From Candidatus Hodarchaeota archaeon (lineage in GTDB: Archaea; Asgardarchaeota; Heimdallarchaeia; Hodarchaeales; Hodarchaeaceae): DNA of 60,841 nt. Location of the stretch: contig JAEOTQ010000155.1 in assembly GCA_016839785.1 (NCBI GenBank), positions 1 to 60,841 of the forward strand, written 5' to 3'. Below the pieces are notes generated by a model that was given only the letters and a program-made list of their open reading frames with translations, searched no databases and was not told the DNA's origin. This document shows, one piece after another, positions 29,163 to 38,290 of the stretch. The translations under genes were made by a program, and so were the position numbers. Numbering within the stretch: position 1 is the first letter of the stretch; every line of letters begins with the position of its first letter.

Positions 29163-29657
29163 TTAGAATTTTTCAAGCTCTCGTAAAGCAGCTTCAAGTT
29201 CATCCTTCTCAAGCCCAGTACGAACTTCAGGTGATTTAGAAGGAGTTCCAGGTAAGGTTCGAGAGGGATGTCCAGCTAAAAACTCATCAAGAATTGAGCT
29301 AAGTTCTTCATTCGCTTTTCTCATAAGCAAGCGAATCATACCGATATTTACCTCTGCATCGGAAATAATTGTTAAAATTCCACGACCGCAGGCACTTGCA
29401 AATATTTTCCCAGTATCAAATTCTGAAGTAACAACATCCAATCCGCCAATTGTTAGATTAGATCCTTGTTCTGCTGAAGCCATAAAGACTGCTGAGGCAA
29501 TTGCGCCAATACCATCAACATCAACAGATACATAACTAAACTTGGAAACGTGCGCTATAGTTAGACCAGTACGGTCGACTAGAATAATTTTTCGAATTCC
29601 GGGTTCACTTTTAATGATTTTACTGAGTACACTGTCAAACCTTCGTGGATCTATCAA
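29163..29657 (-). CDS. Roadblock/MglB-like protein with C-terminal extension
   Basis: IILVDRTGLTIA...GAIASAVF...VNIGMIRL roadblock fold, Pro-rich linker, terminal helix LEKDELEAALRELEKF; directly upstream of the MglA-like gene. Confidence 0.9.
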   Translation of the reverse strand: MIDPRRFDSVLSKIIKSEPGIRKIILVDRTGLTIAHVSKFSYVSVDVDGIGAIASAVFMASAEQGSNLTIGGLDVVTSEFDTGKIFASACGRGILTIISDAEVNIGMIRLLMRKANEELSSILDEFLAGHPSRTLPGTPSKSPEVRTGLEKDELEAALRELEKF

Positions 29658-29908
29658 ACTAGTAATCTCCTGGTTGTTCTTTTTCCAAGTTCAGAGAAAA
29701 TTAAATAAATTTTATCTCCGTATACCAATGCTAGATTAATTCTTAATAAATTTAGCTTATTAGTCTTTGATGGAAAAGGAAATTTTCATGACTATTGTCA
29801 TTGTATAGCCGATTAAACTTCTTTAAATTCGTTTATAATGAATGGAACAGAGAAAGAAGTTAAAGCTTCTTGTTATCCATTGAAACAAAGATATAGGCTT
29901 CTTTTTAT

Positions 29909-30763
29909 TTATGCAAAATACGCTGTGAGAACAAAAATAGCATTTCCTATCAGATTTTCTAATAAAAATCCTAAAAGTATAAATAAAATGAAAGGTAGGG
30001 AGGGTTGAACCCAAATTGATTCTTTATTATGGATCTGAGTATTCTTAGCAATCTTCCTCTTCCTAGAAAGATCTTCTTCAGGGGTATCCATACGTAGTTG
30101 GAAAACAAAATCCCAACCAGAGGGATCAGTGTAAGCCTCTAAAAAGTCAAAATGCCACGGTTTTGATTCTATCTCTTCTAAAATTCGCTGAGTGCTTCGT
30201 GGATATCCTATGAAATATAATATGACTTTTTTCATAATATTTTGGTGTGTCATGGCATAGTACTCTCTCTTTCTGTTCCTTCGAATTAAATTCCCACAAA
30301 AAAGTGCAATTGGGACTGTAAGAGCTAGTAAGTATGCGTTGAAGAATGTTCCTAAGATTTTAGGGGTGATAGAGAAGATAATATCATATTTTGGATCTGT
30401 GATGGAGAAAAGAGGTTTCAAAACTGGTGAAATAAATGAAATGGCAATAAAAGCAATTCTATCTGCCTCTCCTCCTAATCCAGAATATGTAAGAAAGAGT
30501 GCTATAATCACCGCAATAACAATATTACCTAACCATGTAGAAAGGTAAGTTTGAATACTTACCATGTTTATAAGCATTAAGATGATTTGTAGACAATGTA
30601 CTGTACAACCACAAGCAATCATAACTATCCAAATCCAATCCACGATCTCTCGTGTTCTCCAATCTTGATAAGCTCCCAAAATTAATAGTAGGAATGCGAT
30701 TAAGAGGAGAAGAAGGTTGAGTGATGATTCCAGTAGTGTAAATAAACCAGTCATACTGATCAA
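29909..30763 (-). CDS. A24-family prepilin/prearchaellin peptidase (PibD/FlaK-like)
   Basis: YQDWRTREI (first Asp), GGEAD (second Asp), C-terminal IWVQPSLPFI; multiple TM helices. Confidence 0.85.
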   Translation of the reverse strand: MISMTGLFTLLESSLNLLLLLIAFLLLILGAYQDWRTREIVDWIWIVMIACGCTVHCLQIILMLINMVSIQTYLSTWLGNIVIAVIIALFLTYSGLGGEADRIAFIAISFISPVLKPLFSITDPKYDIIFSITPKILGTFFNAYLLALTVPIALFCGNLIRRNRKREYYAMTHQNIMKKVILYFIGYPRSTQRILEEIESKPWHFDFLEAYTDPSGWDFVFQLRMDTPEEDLSRKRKIAKNTQIHNKESIWVQPSLPFILFILLGFLLENLIGNAIFVLTAYFA

Positions 30764-31103
30764 ACCTAATTTGTGTATGTATTATTACAGAAACTTAGTT
30801 CTGACCTGTTTCCTTTGCCTCTATATCTTAAATCTTCCTTTTTAGCGTGAATTTGATTGTTCCACTTAAACTTAAGAGATTTAAAATAATATACCAATTA
30901 TGATGGCTAGTCCAAACAAATTTCGATTTAACAATCATATTTTTGATTTGTTAAGTATTATAAAAGGAAATTCGATCATCTGAAGGAGATAACGACAGAA
31001 TTAGCTTTTCATAACAACTGCAAAAACATTCTAAAATACTCATCAGGGGAGTTTCAATAGTATTCTGGATGAAGTAAATTCAGATTAATCGAAAGAATAA
31101 ATT

Positions 31104-31270
31104 GCCACTGTGGCTTATGAGATTCTCTTCCGATTATCTCGGCGAAGCACGGTTATAGCGCCTCCTTGGTATTACTCTCAGTTTTTTCTGATGAGAAACG
31201 AACAGGAGGATGTCGTGGGTTCAAAAAATGATATTTCTCGGAATATTGTTTGAAATTCCCACCAGTGGCT
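31104..31270 (+). tRNA. tRNA-Thr(GGU) with three introns (about 14/15, 37/38 and 59/60)
   Basis: Removing about 31118-31146, 31172-31203 and 31226-31256 gives a 75-nt cloverleaf GCCACTG TG GCTT AGCACGGTTA TAGC G CCTCC TTGGTAA GGAGG ATGTC GTGGG TTCAAAT CCCAC CAGTGGC T. Acceptor, anticodon and T stems pair perfectly, and U73 is typical of archaeal tRNA-Thr. Confidence 0.88.
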
Positions 31271-31498
31271 TTATCTTTTCATAAAAAAATTCTTTTCTCA
31301 CCATTAAACTTAATTGAAATAGGAAATCTCGTAATATTATGTTTTTTTTCAATTTAGTGAAGAGTGTTCCATCATTTAGATATCCATCAAATACAATGTT
31401 ACCCACTAGATATTTTACCCTTTATCAATAATGGCACTTCAGGGAATATAAAACTCACATCTTTGATAAAAGGCCACGAATTTTATTGAGGAGATTTT

Positions 31499-32104
31499 TT
31501 GGAATACGATGAATTAATTCTGGTTTGGAAAAATGAGAGGTCAAATCCCTCGCTTTGCAATATTCCCAAGGATTTGTACATATCTCTTGATGGGCTATTA
31601 ACAAAATTATCAGCAGACATTCAGAAATTAGCAAGTAAATCAATAGCCAATGCTATCTTAGATCGAATAATATTTATTAGAAGAGATATAGTGCATTTAA
31701 GACTTGTTAAGATAGTAAATCTAGTAATAAATGATATTTTTTTTGATGAAAACGTCTTAACGTGGGGAGAACGAAGAATAGCGAAAAATCTAAGACTCTC
31801 GATTGAAACGATTGGCGTTGAGAAACCAAACATTTTAGATGGTCTAGAAGATTCACCCGAAATAGACCAATTTGAAAATTCTACGGTAGTCATTAACCCC
31901 ATTCAAGAGATTAGGGGAAAAAAAACTACTGTGTTCGAATATTCAACAGTCCGAATGCTTTATGATGTTGAAGCATTCATTGGCCTGGATGATCTATTAT
32001 ACGGACCACTAGAAAAGAATGACATTGTAAACTTACCATTAGAAAATGCGACTGCTTTGATGGTACGTGGAGTTGCTCATTTAATAGAAACCCAAAAAGA
32101 TTGA
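31499..32104 (+). CDS. gins: GINS subunit (Gins51/Gins15 type)
   Basis: ERSNPSLCNIPKDLY...RLVKIV...LTWGE A-domain; B-domain VRMLYDVEAFIGLD..YGPL..NDIVNLPLENATALM..GVA. Confidence 0.88.
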   Translation: MEYDELILVWKNERSNPSLCNIPKDLYISLDGLLTKLSADIQKLASKSIANAILDRIIFIRRDIVHLRLVKIVNLVINDIFFDENVLTWGERRIAKNLRLSIETIGVEKPNILDGLEDSPEIDQFENSTVVINPIQEIRGKKTTVFEYSTVRMLYDVEAFIGLDDLLYGPLEKNDIVNLPLENATALMVRGVAHLIETQKD

Positions 32105-32121
32105 AATTTTGGTGAATCATA

Positions 32122-32316
32122 ATGAAGAAGAAATATATTCCTCAACCCCGATCAAACTTCCTTAAAGTTTCCTGCGAATGTGGGAATGTACAAGAGATTT
32201 TTTCTCATGCTACGACACACATTAATTGTCGTGTATGTGGGAAAGTTCTTGCTGAACCCCGTTCTGGAATTACTAGATTATTTGGAGAAGTTATTGAAAT
32301 ATTGGATAATAAATAG
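32122..32316 (+). CDS. rps27e: 30S ribosomal protein eS27
   Basis: PRSNFLKVSCECGN..IFSHA...CRVCG..LAEP. Confidence 0.95.
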   Translation: MKKKYIPQPRSNFLKVSCECGNVQEIFSHATTHINCRVCGKVLAEPRSGITRLFGEVIEILDNK

Positions 32317-32326
32317 GCGATAATTT

Positions 32327-33112
32327 ATGGAATCTAAATTTCCTGCTGTTGGAGAATTAGTTGTTGGATCCTGCTCCAAGGTCACCCCACACGGAGCATA
32401 TTTCGAAATTTTCGATTACGAGGGGCTTGGATCAGAAGCAGGATTTGTGCATATTTCAGAACTTAGTCGAACTTGGGTTAGGAATATTCGAAGTCAAGTT
32501 CGTGAAGGACAAAGAGTTGTCGCTAAAATATTAAGAGTGGATTCTGCACGGGGAGAAATAGATATGTCTATTCGGAGAGTTTCTGAACCTCAAAAGCGGT
32601 CGAAGCTAACAGAGCTCAAGCAGGAGAATCGTGCTCGTGGTATTGTAGCTGTCGCGTGTGAAAAGACAGAAACGGAAACAGATAAGGTTGAAAAAATCCT
32701 CATGACTCAGTATGGGTCAATTTACGAAGCCTTAATCCAATTACGTGAAAAAACTGTAAAATTGTTAACTAAGATTGATATTCCTGAAAAGGTTGCGAAA
32801 GTACTTTATGATCTGGCTGTCAAAGAATTACAACCCCCTACAGTTCGATTACTAGGAAAGCTTACAGTTACCTGCTATGATTCAGACGGAGCAGTTATTC
32901 TTTCAGAATTCTTTAAAAAATATAAACAGTCGTTTAAGAAGAAGCATAAAGGTTCAGATCTTTTCATGCAAATCATTTCTCCTCCAGATTATAGATGCAC
33001 GATTGAAAGTGCAGATTGGAAAACAGCTGAGACTGTTTGGAAAAATGTCCAAAAGGAAGTTCAAGATAATTTAAGGGGAAATGATGTAGAAATTTCATTT
33101 GAGAGAAAATAA
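32327..33112 (+). CDS. eif2a: Translation initiation factor aIF2 alpha
   Basis: FPAVGELVV, GFVHISELSRTWVRNIR, IDMSIRRV and ISPPDYR. Confidence 0.95.
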   Translation: MESKFPAVGELVVGSCSKVTPHGAYFEIFDYEGLGSEAGFVHISELSRTWVRNIRSQVREGQRVVAKILRVDSARGEIDMSIRRVSEPQKRSKLTELKQENRARGIVAVACEKTETETDKVEKILMTQYGSIYEALIQLREKTVKLLTKIDIPEKVAKVLYDLAVKELQPPTVRLLGKLTVTCYDSDGAVILSEFFKKYKQSFKKKHKGSDLFMQIISPPDYRCTIESADWKTAETVWKNVQKEVQDNLRGNDVEISFERK

Positions 33113-33141
33113 ATCGCCTGTGAGACTATTCTGGGATCCAT

Positions 33142-33318
33142 ATGCGTCTATTAAGAAAATGTGAGTGTAGGTATACATTAAATCAATCATTAGAAACTTG
33201 TAATTATTGTAATCACGCTTTTAGAACAGCTTATCCACCAAAATTTTCACCTCATGATAAATACGCGGAATATCGTCGTCGTATGAAGAAGGAGGCTAAA
33301 AAAAGGGGTGTATTATGA
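33142..33318 (+). CDS. nop10: H/ACA RNP subunit Nop10 (absent from the ORF track)
   Basis: MRLLRKCECRYTLNQSLETCNYCNHAFRTAYPPKFSPHDKYAEYRRRMK...; canonical position after aIF2alpha; ATGA overlap with the next gene. Confidence 0.93.
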   Translation: MRLLRKCECRYTLNQSLETCNYCNHAFRTAYPPKFSPHDKYAEYRRRMKKEAKKRGVL

Positions 33319-33806
33319 CCGAACAGACCTCAGTAATTATCCGTTATTTCGAGCTCAAAGATCTAGACAACGTTATTGATATAAATCGAAAATGCTTACC
33401 TGAAAATTATCCTGAAGGTTTTTTCCGTACAATATACGCTGAATGCCCAAAAGGATTTAATCTTGCTGAAGTTAATGGTAGCATCGTTGGATATACTATG
33501 GGTCGAATTGAAAGTGGTTTGAGCCTTTACTCAATTTTTCATCGTGCTAAGAAGGGTCACACTGTGAGTATTGCAGTATTACCAGAATATCGACGAAATA
33601 AGATAGCCACGAAACTGATCAATGCCTCGTCTTTAGCAATGAGAGAATATGGAGCAGAAGAGCTCTTCCTAGAGGTTAGAATCTCAAATTCCGCCGCAGT
33701 AAAGTTATATGAGTCACTCGGTTATAAAATTGTTAAGGAATTGCGCCATTATTACCGTGATATGGAAGGGGCATATTTAATGGCACAAAAAGTCAAGAAA
33801 AACTAA
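33315..33806 (+). CDS. N-terminal acetyltransferase (Ard1/Naa10/RimI-like)
   Basis: CLPENY, GHTVSIAVLPEYRR, LEVRISNSAA.KLY and YYRDMEGAYLM. Confidence 0.92.
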   Translation: MTEQTSVIIRYFELKDLDNVIDINRKCLPENYPEGFFRTIYAECPKGFNLAEVNGSIVGYTMGRIESGLSLYSIFHRAKKGHTVSIAVLPEYRRNKIATKLINASSLAMREYGAEELFLEVRISNSAAVKLYESLGYKIVKELRHYYRDMEGAYLMAQKVKKN

Positions 33807-34147
33807 TAAGGGAATAAATTCGCTTAAACTGAATAAGTTAAGGGGAAATCTTGTTTGAATTATGAAGGGAAGGAGATCCGTATTTCAGGTGAGCGTGATG
33901 TAATAAATATCTATTTGTTGAGCATTCCGTTTTCTGTATTGAACAAAATCCTAGAACTAGTATGAAGATTGTAAAAAGACGAAGATAACAATAGATCTAT
34001 CTGAACACACCTAAATATAAAGCTTTAAAAGGTTTAAAATCGTCACAAATGTGAATAACGGATATTGACACTGTTAAACGATTGAGATCGAGTGTAATCA
34101 TTCCTAATCACTTATTTAAGAAAAAAATAATTTTGGTGACTCTTGCT

Positions 34148-35134
34148 ATGAGAGAAAAATACCAACATGCAAGTAATGCGCTAAATCAACTAAGTAATGC
34201 AGCTGCAATGAAAGCAAAACATATGTCAGATCTAGTAATAAAATCTTACACACAATTTGAAGAAATTAGGTATTTGAGCGAAACTGTACCTGATATCATA
34301 CTTTACTCTGACAATAAAATGGCCAATTTAAAGGAAAGCGGGGAAATTCGTGTTGCACAACTCCTAGCGGCTATTCTTTGTGATCAAATAACAGAACGAT
34401 CCAAAAAATTAGTCGAAGATCTTGAATTCGGTCATATGGAATTGGATCTTCGTACTGAACTGTTAGATATTCGTGAACAAATAACACGATTAGAAGAGGT
34501 AGTTCAGGTTCAAAATAAATTGGCTAATGGGGCTCCAGTGTCAACAGAGGGAATGAAAAATTTGCAGAAAAAATATGATTCTCGCATCCAGCAATTGGAA
34601 CGAGAGTTACTCCGGGAAGAAGGACGCACACTTACAGTAACCGCCTTAGATGCAACAAAAAAGCCAAAGATATTTGGTAAAGGAAAATTTGTTGACAATC
34701 TTGCTGATTTAGTTCTTGAACAAGGGAAATCTCTTCGAGCGAGTTCAGGTGGTTATATTTCAATGGCAAATTTATATACTTCCTTAAAAAATCAAATTCC
34801 AGACATTAAATTCTCATTGAAAGATTTAGAAAAGGCCTGTAAGCAGCTAACTAAACAGTCACTAATCGAAGGTGTTTCTACCCAGTCTGGGGTTAAGATT
34901 GTTGAGTTTACTCCCGTTTCTCTTGGAAAGGATGCCCGGAATATATTTAATCTTGCAATCGAAAAAGGCTTTGTAACATTTGAGGAAGTAATGATACAAA
35001 CAAAGTGGGACCAACAACGAGTTAAAAGGGTCTTAGATAGTCTTGTTGGTCAAAAAATTGCTCGAAAAGTATCATCACTCGATTCAGGTGATCAATATTA
35101 CTTCCCAGGGCTATATGGAGATGAAGATTGGTAG
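34148..35134 (+). CDS. ESCRT-II Vps22/Vps36 (EAP30)-like protein with N-terminal coiled coil
   Basis: Tandem winged helices SSGGYISMANLY...SLKDLEKACKQL and GFVTFEEV...KWDQQRVKRVLDSLV...YYFPGL, matching the EAP30/Vps36 C-terminus. ATG at 34148 preferred. Confidence 0.8.
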   Translation: MREKYQHASNALNQLSNAAAMKAKHMSDLVIKSYTQFEEIRYLSETVPDIILYSDNKMANLKESGEIRVAQLLAAILCDQITERSKKLVEDLEFGHMELDLRTELLDIREQITRLEEVVQVQNKLANGAPVSTEGMKNLQKKYDSRIQQLERELLREEGRTLTVTALDATKKPKIFGKGKFVDNLADLVLEQGKSLRASSGGYISMANLYTSLKNQIPDIKFSLKDLEKACKQLTKQSLIEGVSTQSGVKIVEFTPVSLGKDARNIFNLAIEKGFVTFEEVMIQTKWDQQRVKRVLDSLVGQKIARKVSSLDSGDQYYFPGLYGDEDW

Positions 35135-35143
35135 GTAAAATCG

Positions 35144-36040
35144 ATGGCGGAAACAGATAAATTTGGTGGATTATTCCGTAAAATAGGGGACACAATACAC
35201 ATAGGTGCCAAGAAATTCAAAGGCAAAGCAATACTAAGTTCAAAATTTGAAGAGTCATCAGGAGAATCATTAATCCATAGGGTAAAAGCAGAAGAAAATG
35301 ATAATTTTAGAAAAATTGATGGCTTTATTGTAAAAGAACCAGAAAATGCGGTATTATTACAGTCAGGAGTGTTAATTGGAGTGGCTGGGAGCGGAATATA
35401 CCAACTAGAAAAATCTGCAAAGCATCCAGGTAGCGAAATAATATGGGTTACAAAACGCGAATTTATCATCAAATGGGGAACCCCTGGTATATACACCTCA
35501 GATAACGTTATGGTGGGATGTTGGGGAATTTCTCGAATGCGAATTGTTAATCCACGAAATTTCATTATGAATGTAGTCTCCCATAAACAGTACTATAGTG
35601 GAAATGAGTTAAAAAATTGGGTTAAACAAACGATTATTGCAGCAGTCAAACATGTTATGACTCGGTACACTGTTCCAGAATTGTTAAAAGAAAGGAGAAG
35701 CCTAGAAATACAAACAAGATCTGAATTAGGGCCTGAAAGCTCACGATGGGGTTTGGAGCTAGTAGGTTTAGATATTGGTGGATTCAAAGTACCTGAAGAA
35801 TATGAGACCTTACTAACATATGAAATAGAGAAGCAGATTATTGAAACTCGGCAAGAGCTTGCAGAAGAGCGAAATCAATTAGACGAGGTTTCAGAAAAAA
35901 TTAAGAAATTCGAATTAATGCTCGAACAGGCTGATGAGATGTTTCTTGCTGGTAAAATTTCGGAAAAACGGTATAAAGAACTAACAGACAAGTATTCATC
36001 AAAACTAGCAAAATTAAAAGCCCAAGAAACTCCCTTATAG
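35144..36040 (+). CDS. SPFH/Band-7 domain protein with C-terminal coiled coil/SHOCT-like end
   Basis: FIVKEPENAVLLQSG...IKWGT...RIVNPRNF...RWGLELVGLDI..KVPEE; ends AGKISEKRYKEL. Confidence 0.8.
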   Translation: MAETDKFGGLFRKIGDTIHIGAKKFKGKAILSSKFEESSGESLIHRVKAEENDNFRKIDGFIVKEPENAVLLQSGVLIGVAGSGIYQLEKSAKHPGSEIIWVTKREFIIKWGTPGIYTSDNVMVGCWGISRMRIVNPRNFIMNVVSHKQYYSGNELKNWVKQTIIAAVKHVMTRYTVPELLKERRSLEIQTRSELGPESSRWGLELVGLDIGGFKVPEEYETLLTYEIEKQIIETRQELAEERNQLDEVSEKIKKFELMLEQADEMFLAGKISEKRYKELTDKYSSKLAKLKAQETPL

Positions 36041-36045
36041 TTTAT

Positions 36046-37806
36046 TTATTCGTTATACTCAAGGGAAGATCCACATTCTGGGCAATCAATCATTCCAACT
36101 GATTCCATTCCTTGATAACAATTTACACATACTTCTGCTTTACATGAATTACAGATTAACTTCTTCTGATCTGTTTTAACCCAATTACAAACCGCACATT
36201 CGAAAGAAACAAAATCCCTTTTGATAATCAACTGCATTTTTCTTATGTTGATAGATCCTGATATAATTTTATGAGTGATGAGTTTTTCTAATATTGCTAT
36301 AACCCTGTCCGAGGATTGATTACTGAAATCAATTATCTGCTGAAGAGTGAATATTGTTGAATGATTGTTTCGAATAAAGTCCACCAATTGGCTTTCAATC
36401 GAACTAAGACTTATGGTTCTCTCTCCTGGAGAGTACCATCCCGATTTCAATGGGCCCTGTTCACAGAAATAACACTCCTCAGTTGTTTCAAGATTGTACG
36501 AATAAGCGTAAGTTAACCTGCAGTTGGGACAGTTCCGTGGTAGATCGATAATAAATGCCGAAATATTCCCACAAAACGGACATTCGTGGGTACTATCTAC
36601 ATTTCTACAGTTAGAGCACATCACTCTCCTACAGTTTTGACATTCAAAATAAATGGATGGATTGGAATATGAGGAGGTATCTATTTGGCAAAATATTTCT
36701 AAATCTTTTATTCCTTTTACTAGAAAAGGATTAATTGAATCCCCAGCAATAATGCGTAGTTCTAAACGATCTGCTATGATTTGAATTACTTTTAACAGGT
36801 TTAAAACATTTAAGTGTAATTTTGATGCCAATCCCTCAATATCAATTCCCTGTTTGAACCAGTCAATCAAAGTTCTTCCTTTAAATGTTTTTTCTGATAA
36901 TTCACCTTTAAAGCTTTCATTCAGTAGTAATAATAGGTTGTAGAGATCATCAAACGCAAGATCAAACCTTGCCTGCCAGAAATCCAAAGGAATCTCTTGA
37001 TAAACATAAATATCCCATATGATTTGTGATACGATATCAATAGTAGAATAGATATAATTATTATCCTTAGATTGGATATAGCTTAAACCTTTTCCAATAG
37101 ATTCAAGGATTATCAATACATCATCAATTGATAGATTGGTAAGCCTAGAAATATTAACTAAGGAAACTTCAGAAGAGATTTGGAAGGAAGCATTTATGAA
37201 TCGGGTTAAATATCTAATTGATCCTTCATTCGGGGAAGAATAGGAGAGATGAATATACTTAAAGTTATAAATTCGTTGCTTGATAGGATCAATATAACCT
37301 CGGAACAAATTTTTGTCAGCTAATAAGTCTAATACAGCTTCTAGCTGGTCATCTGTCCAGTAAATCTGATTTAACAAGTATTCAAGATCGTGAGTAGGAG
37401 ACGTACCGAGTAATTTAGCAATGAATGATATTGCACCAGAACGAGTGAAAAATCTTCGTTTTATTAGATCAAAAAATCCATCAATTTTTTGGACATATTC
37501 ATGGATAATAGATTCAAGTAATTTTCCAGGAATATTCAAAAGATCAATTAAATCGCATATATCAACAACTCCCTGTGTATCTAAGAAATGTTGAATTTTT
37601 CTGTAAACATGAGAATTTGGTATGAAATAATTGTGGTTATAATCTAAAACACCTTTTAATTCTTGGTGTTGAATTTTCTCATGTATAAAGGCGATTACAT
37701 TCATTTTATCGGTTTTTGAAGAAAATTCCTCAATCCGTATAGGTGATTGTGCCGTCGAGACTGCTTCAAACCATTTTGTTTTTTTGCGTCTTAACATCTT
37801 GCACAA
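36046..37806 (-). CDS. Winged-helix-repeat (UFL1/PCI-like) protein with two RING-like Cys clusters; candidate E3 ligase
   Basis: Repeated WH units (GVVDICDL..LNIP, FRGYIDP, ISGSINIR); internal CQID...CQNC-x4-CSNC...CPFC and CPNC...CYFC; C-terminal C-x2-C-x11-C-x2-C-x4-C-x2-C-x11-C-x2-C. Confidence 0.7.
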   Translation of the reverse strand: MCKMLRRKKTKWFEAVSTAQSPIRIEEFSSKTDKMNVIAFIHEKIQHQELKGVLDYNHNYFIPNSHVYRKIQHFLDTQGVVDICDLIDLLNIPGKLLESIIHEYVQKIDGFFDLIKRRFFTRSGAISFIAKLLGTSPTHDLEYLLNQIYWTDDQLEAVLDLLADKNLFRGYIDPIKQRIYNFKYIHLSYSSPNEGSIRYLTRFINASFQISSEVSLVNISRLTNLSIDDVLIILESIGKGLSYIQSKDNNYIYSTIDIVSQIIWDIYVYQEIPLDFWQARFDLAFDDLYNLLLLLNESFKGELSEKTFKGRTLIDWFKQGIDIEGLASKLHLNVLNLLKVIQIIADRLELRIIAGDSINPFLVKGIKDLEIFCQIDTSSYSNPSIYFECQNCRRVMCSNCRNVDSTHECPFCGNISAFIIDLPRNCPNCRLTYAYSYNLETTEECYFCEQGPLKSGWYSPGERTISLSSIESQLVDFIRNNHSTIFTLQQIIDFSNQSSDRVIAILEKLITHKIISGSINIRKMQLIIKRDFVSFECAVCNWVKTDQKKLICNSCKAEVCVNCYQGMESVGMIDCPECGSSLEYNE

Positions 37807-37942
37807 CCAGATGATGTCTAATCAATGAAAGGAAAGGCATTTTTATATCATTTACCCACAACCTAATTATCACAAGAGCTATCACAAGTAGGGTCAATTC
37901 AATATTAAGTAAGAAATTTTTCAATATCAGCATGAAAAAGAT

Positions 37943-38290
37943 GTGAGATGTTCCCACGTGAAAGAATCCAACTTTAGATGCCAATTTTGTGGATACGTTC
38001 CTCACTCACATGAACAACCTGGTACAGGTGTTTGGTATTGCCCTAAATGTGGAAAAAGAACAACAATTCGATTAACTGTACCTTCACCTAGGAAATCCAG
38101 TTACAAAAAGCCCCAATCTCGTCAAGCTTCTCGTGATCAAATTTCTAGCCAAATTTACAGGGAACTCACAAAAGAAAAGAGTCAAGAATATGGGCTAAAA
38201 GAACCTTATCTCAATCCAACCATTCAACCAATAAAACCAAAACTCAGAAAAAAGGTACGCATTTTCGCTCCCTCTAAAGATAACGATTAA
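37943..38290 (+). CDS. Small basic zinc-ribbon protein
   Basis: CQFCG...WYCPKCG followed by a basic, probably disordered tail. Confidence 0.6.
   Translation: MRCSHVKESNFRCQFCGYVPHSHEQPGTGVWYCPKCGKRTTIRLTVPSPRKSSYKKPQSRQASRDQISSQIYRELTKEKSQEYGLKEPYLNPTIQPIKPKLRKKVRIFAPSKDND

Noticed and set aside
30764-31103. Possible replication origin or additional RNA gene in the AT-rich gap before the tRNA
   Set aside because: No repeated ORB-like boxes, no cdc6/orc1 neighbour and no second cloverleaf were found.
31161-31209. Reading the tRNA as Pro(UGG)
   Set aside because: The CCTCC/GGAGG stem places GGT at 34-36 in a 7-nt loop, and the GCC acceptor start with U73 fits Thr.
31221-31406. 61-aa minus-strand ORF
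   Set aside because: It overlaps the T-arm, intron 3 and acceptor stem of the tRNA-Thr gene and has no protein features.
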